From the IMG/VR virus record IMGVR_UViG_3300045970_000141, positions 1 to 40,546 of that record: a stretch of DNA of 40,546 nucleotides. One strand, 5' to 3'. Every line of letters begins with the position of its first letter. Position 1 is the first letter of the stretch. Of the stretch, positions 37,011 through 40,546 are shown piece by piece. A program made the translations under genes and the position numbers. The notes under the pieces are model-generated. The model was not told where the DNA came from. It saw only the letters and a program-made list of their open reading frames with translations, and did not search any database. Source of the stretch: a virus.

Positions 37011-38719
37011 TAGAGGATGCCTCCCTGATCCGCGACGACATCGAAGCCGATCAGCGTTGTGTTCGATTCAGCAGTGACGCGGACGACCATCGCCGCGCTA
37101 GTCCCAAGCCCCGTGGTGCCGACGACCTTGTTGGCGGTTGCGTGGTCGTCGCCCCAGAGCATCGTGTCCCAGAGGCCCGTATCCCAAGCATTCGCAGGAA
37201 CCGTAAGCGGGGATGCGGTAGTACCGATATCCGATAGGTCGAAGTCATAGCGGGCTTCCGCCGAGTACCCCGGGGTGTTCCCGTCCGTGTAGAAGTAGGG
37301 CCGAATCATGTGGACCCGCTTCTTCCGTGCCGACCCCATCATCGTGTATGCGGTCATCACGGATGCGTTGATTGGAGTCGCCCCGGTCCCGTCCAAAAGC
37401 TGCCCGTCAACGAACCCCTTGTTCGCGCAAATGCGACCATCGGCCGTACCGAAGTAGAGGTCGCCCTGCCACGGCTCCATGCACATGACCGGGATGCCAC
37501 TCTGCTGCGCCCACCCCTTCGACGAGAGGGACATCACGAGTAGCTGCTGTTCGTGGTCCGGCGTAGCGGGGACGCTCACCACCATCAGGTTGTCGGAGGG
37601 GTGCATCTTGATCGACCACCCCGGGAGATGGCCGCGATCCGTCATCAGGATATTGAAGAGGTTGGCGATCTTGCCCGTCGCCATGATATTCGGGTCACGG
37701 ATCAGGCCGCCCGCCACCAGCTTCGAGAGGGGCACACAGCCCAGCCTAGACAGGATGAAGAGGTCGCCACCGAAGTCGGAAGCGATGCGCCTGCCCGGGG
37801 GTACCTGCCCTAGCCACCAGACACCATGCAGGCCAAAGGTTTCAGGGAAAGTAGGATCAGTACCCCGATAGATAACCACATCGCCACCTCTGCTGATACC
37901 CACAAGCAGATCGTCAATACCCGTCCCACCATCCACGGTCCAGGACCAGAGTCCGACAAGGCTTCCTCCGTAGCGGAACCGGCTGCCGAACGGCATCTGG
38001 CTGACCGTCCCGGCGAACTGGTTAACCGGCAGATAGACGGCGGTTGACGAGTCCTCCGGGGTGAACCACAGGCGGTTCTTCCACGAAACGACATGGCGGA
38101 ACGAATCCGGGTTTGCTCCGTTGATCTGGCCGACCCCCGTGCCCTGCGTCACCTTTGACCATACGTTGTTCCCCTCGTCGTAGAGGAGATAGCCGTTGGC
38201 GCCGTCGCAGTAGGCGATGTAGTGGTTCCCGTTCTCGTTGGCGAAGGCCGTGTAGATTCCTTCGCCTGCCCCGGGCGGATTGACGTACTGTCCGAGGTAG
38301 TTCAGGTACGTCCCCACCGGGAACGTGTAGACCCTGTTCGACACCGACAGGACGCCGGTATGGGTGCAATCGTAGATGCCATCGGGAGTGCAGGCGAAGA
38401 GGCGGTCCCCACGGGAGGCGTGCCCCGTGAACGCGATGACCGTCCGCACACCACCTGGGTTGAACCCCTGCCATCCGGTCGGGGAACGCCCGCCATAGCT
38501 AGGAGCCGGAGTTCCTACCTGGGTACACCACTCCCGCCACCCGGAGCGGACCCGAAGGCCGTACTGGAAGGGGATGAGGTTCCAGAGCGACAGGCAATCC
38601 GACTCCGGCATCTTGCTGGCCGGGTCGGAAGCGTTGATGCCGCCCACGGGCGCGGCCATATGAGCCACGTTGTTCGTGGCCCTCTGGGGCACTGGCCGGG
38701 TAGGGTATCTAGGAGCCAA
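37010..38719 (-). CDS. Tail tubular protein B / nozzle-like protein (569 aa).
   Basis: Size, beta-rich repetitive character and position after the adaptor-like gene, matching T7 gp12-type synteny. The start is uncertain: TTG at 38719 or ATG at 38659. Confidence 0.55.
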   Translation of the reverse strand: MAPRYPTRPVPQRATNNVAHMAAPVGGINASDPASKMPESDCLSLWNLIPFQYGLRVRSGWREWCTQVGTPAPSYGGRSPTGWQGFNPGGVRTVIAFTGHASRGDRLFACTPDGIYDCTHTGVLSVSNRVYTFPVGTYLNYLGQYVNPPGAGEGIYTAFANENGNHYIAYCDGANGYLLYDEGNNVWSKVTQGTGVGQINGANPDSFRHVVSWKNRLWFTPEDSSTAVYLPVNQFAGTVSQMPFGSRFRYGGSLVGLWSWTVDGGTGIDDLLVGISRGGDVVIYRGTDPTFPETFGLHGVWWLGQVPPGRRIASDFGGDLFILSRLGCVPLSKLVAGGLIRDPNIMATGKIANLFNILMTDRGHLPGWSIKMHPSDNLMVVSVPATPDHEQQLLVMSLSSKGWAQQSGIPVMCMEPWQGDLYFGTADGRICANKGFVDGQLLDGTGATPINASVMTAYTMMGSARKKRVHMIRPYFYTDGNTPGYSAEARYDFDLSDIGTTASPLTVPANAWDTGLWDTMLWGDDHATANKVVGTTGLGTSAAMVVRVTAESNTTLIGFDVVADQGGIL

Positions 38720-39716
38720 ATCCGGTCACCGGGATGCTCTGCTGTCCGACCAACGGGTCGAACCCGAGTATACCGTATCTATTCAAACTCAGCTTCTTTG
38801 ACGGGGCGTCCTGATTGAGCGCTGAGTCGAGGATGGCGTTGAAATCCTGCTGGACGGATGTCGTGTCGAACCCCTTGGCCTTCAGGAATTCTAGCTTGAG
38901 GCCAGCCACCACCAGAAGCGGGTCGAACCACACGTAGTCGGTCGAGGCCGTAACCGTGTCAGCCGAGGTCGTATTGGGGGACGCCAGCGTGGAGGCCCAC
39001 CAACCCGAGCAATACTCGAACGCGATGACGTAGCCTGCCGGGGTATTCGTATCCGGGTAGATGTTGATGCTCCGCTCCATCGGCCGGAACAGGACCGTGA
39101 ACACCACCCCCACCAGACGGGCCTTGAGGTACTGCCACTCCTGGGCCGACAGGGGGCCTCCCAGCGGGAGCCGGTTCGTCCGGTTCCACCCCGTCTGGTC
39201 GATCATGTTGTGGAAGTCGCTAGGGAGGCAGTATTTCGACTGACCAGCTACCGTGGTAAAAACGTGCTCCTTGCGGAGATAGCTCCACGGTGGGCCCATT
39301 CGCGGGTGAATGAGCCTCTTGCCTAGGCTTTTCAGGAGCCAGCACATCTGCTTCACGCTGGCGTCCGTGCTGGCGTAGGGGTCCGTCACGTTGCTCAAAC
39401 CGACCTCGACAAGCGCCTGATTGACGAGGTTCCCGGCCGTATCCCATACGGGGATCGGAACCCCTGTCGCCCGGAACGGTGCGCTCCAGGGCGACACGTT
39501 GCCCGACCCGTCCTCTGCGTTCACCCGATACCAAGTGGCCCCAGTCCCGGCAACGTGGTCGTAGTAGAACACGCCAAGCGTGCCGTCGTAATTCGGCCCC
39601 GGGATCGCGTGTGTAATGGTAGCGACAGCGGCGTAGGTAACGCCGTCTGCCGACGACTCCAGGTTGTACTTCGCGATCCCTACGGTTGTGGCCGGATTCC
39701 AAGTGACCTTGATCAT
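38709..39716 (-). CDS. Tail adaptor / tubular protein A-like protein with an N-terminal FN3-like domain (335 aa).
   Basis: ATGA overlap with the upstream gene. The N-terminal ~95 aa (VTWNPATTVGIAKYNLESSADGVTYAAV...WYRVNAEDGSGNVSPWSAPF) show the FN3 pattern. The remainder is assigned by position. Confidence 0.5.
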   Translation of the reverse strand: MIKVTWNPATTVGIAKYNLESSADGVTYAAVATITHAIPGPNYDGTLGVFYYDHVAGTGATWYRVNAEDGSGNVSPWSAPFRATGVPIPVWDTAGNLVNQALVEVGLSNVTDPYASTDASVKQMCWLLKSLGKRLIHPRMGPPWSYLRKEHVFTTVAGQSKYCLPSDFHNMIDQTGWNRTNRLPLGGPLSAQEWQYLKARLVGVVFTVLFRPMERSINIYPDTNTPAGYVIAFEYCSGWWASTLASPNTTSADTVTASTDYVWFDPLLVVAGLKLEFLKAKGFDTTSVQQDFNAILDSALNQDAPSKKLSLNRYGILGFDPLVGQQSIPVTGFGS

Positions 39717-40546
39717 ACGCCTCCACCTGTATCAGTCGCGGTCCCGCCCGTGGGAGGGCTGGGAAGTGGGTTTTCGTCCGTAGCTTCTGTGCCCGTGGGA
39801 GCCCTAAATGCGTTGCAGGCTTGGGCCTCACCGGACAGCACTTCAGAGGGGGCGGTGGCGAGGTTCAGATCGATGTGCGTCGTGTCCACCTGCGTCACGC
39901 TGGTAACGGCGATCTGACCCACGGACGGGCCGATGGTGGGGCCGATGATCCCTACCGGGTTGTCGAAGGTGAGAGAGATATGCGGGCCAGTACCGGGGGA
40001 TACGTCGGTCAGGTTCACTGGGGCCGAAAAGAGGGTCGGGATCGCCGGGGCTGGACCCGGCGACAAATCGTTCCAGTAGAAGAAAGTATTAAAGCCCCTC
40101 GCGTCCGCAACGTCTCCTGTTGTCGCCAGCCCATATGACTGATCGTAAGAGTATCCAGCGGAGGGGTTTGAAGGGTTGATCTCTCCAGACCACCCAACCT
40201 GCAACCAAATTGTCCACTCACTATCAACAGCGCCACCGTAGGAGAAGTAGTTACTGCCCCACATCTCATATACGACTAGATCTCCTGCGAGCGCATTCAC
40301 GCTGCTAAGGTTCCAGTAAAGCCCCATCATGGTGGTCGTCCATGTCTGGGTCCATGAAGTGAAATACTTTTCGCCTCCGCGATCAGACCCGCCAAACGCA
40401 CGACTAGACCCGTAGGACGTTATGTTGTCCATCACGTTAGCCGTGCTAAACTTCGGCACCGCCACGATCCCGACTACGGAATTTGTACTGGGCCGATAGA
40501 CGTAGATGAACCCCGGGAACATGGTTGCCCCAGATATCCCCGCAGT
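39713..40546 (-). CDS. 3' portion of the junction-spanning virion-module gene (continues at 294..689).
   Basis: ORF track 39713..40522. The frame is open to the window end and continues in the duplicated start of the window. Confidence 0.65.
   Translation of the reverse strand, partial: TAGISGATMFPGFIYVYRPSTNSVVGIVAVPKFSTANVMDNITSYGSSRAFGGSDRGGEKYFTSWTQTWTTTMMGLYWNLSSVNALAGDLVVYEMWGSNYFSYGGAVDSEWTIWLQVGWSGEINPSNPSAGYSYDQSYGLATTGDVADARGFNTFFYWNDLSPGPAPAIPTLFSAPVNLTDVSPGTGPHISLTFDNPVGIIGPTIGPSVGQIAVTSVTQVDTTHIDLNLATAPSEVLSGEAQACNAFRAPTGTEATDENPLPSPPTGGTATDTGGGV
40254..40546. repeat. Direct terminal repeat, copy 2 (identical to 1..293).
   Basis: Same comparison as copy 1. The repeat lies entirely inside a coding frame. 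Confidence 0.95.

Overview
The window is a complete, GC-rich tailed-phage genome assembled as a circle. Bases 1-293 are identical to 40254-40546, so the unique length is 40253 bp, and one structural gene runs across the junction. All calls come from reading the sequence and ORF track by eye; no searches were run.

Layout:
- Late (virion and lysis) module, minus strand, from 13513 down through the junction to 29039. Its order resembles T7-type podoviruses: two small DNA-binding or TerS candidates, an accessory island, TerL, portal, scaffold, major capsid, decoration protein, adaptor, nozzle, four internal virion proteins, tail fibre, lysis cassette.
- The accessory island holds three fibre-like proteins, a GT-A glycosyltransferase, a class I SAM methyltransferase and a 15-unit tandem-repeat protein.
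- Two rightward early blocks, 14318-18051 and 21939-28783. They encode an AbrB/SymE-like protein, a zinc-finger AAA+ ATPase with a partner protein, Mu-Gam-like, ERF, an H-NS-like protein, a DIP1984-like protein and many small proteins.
- An inverted replication block, 21587-18223: wHTH initiator with internal iterons, DnaB-like helicase, short C5 methyltransferase, RusA.
- I did not recognise a DNA polymerase, RNA polymerase, integrase, CI-like repressor, tRNA, CRISPR array or reverse transcriptase.

Most unusual features:
- The repeat protein sits in the TerS slot and is translationally coupled to TerL.
- The glycosyltransferase plus methyltransferase cassette lies inside the virion operon.
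- The lysis cassette has a Tlde1/DUF2778-like enzyme, an embedded RHH protein and no lipoprotein spanin.
- A PARP-like zinc finger is fused to an AAA+ ATPase.
- A dense CTAG microsatellite lies in the main divergent intergenic region.
- Paired 15-bp boxes with 31-bp spacing precede both early operons.
- The gene junction TAGCCATG recurs nine times.
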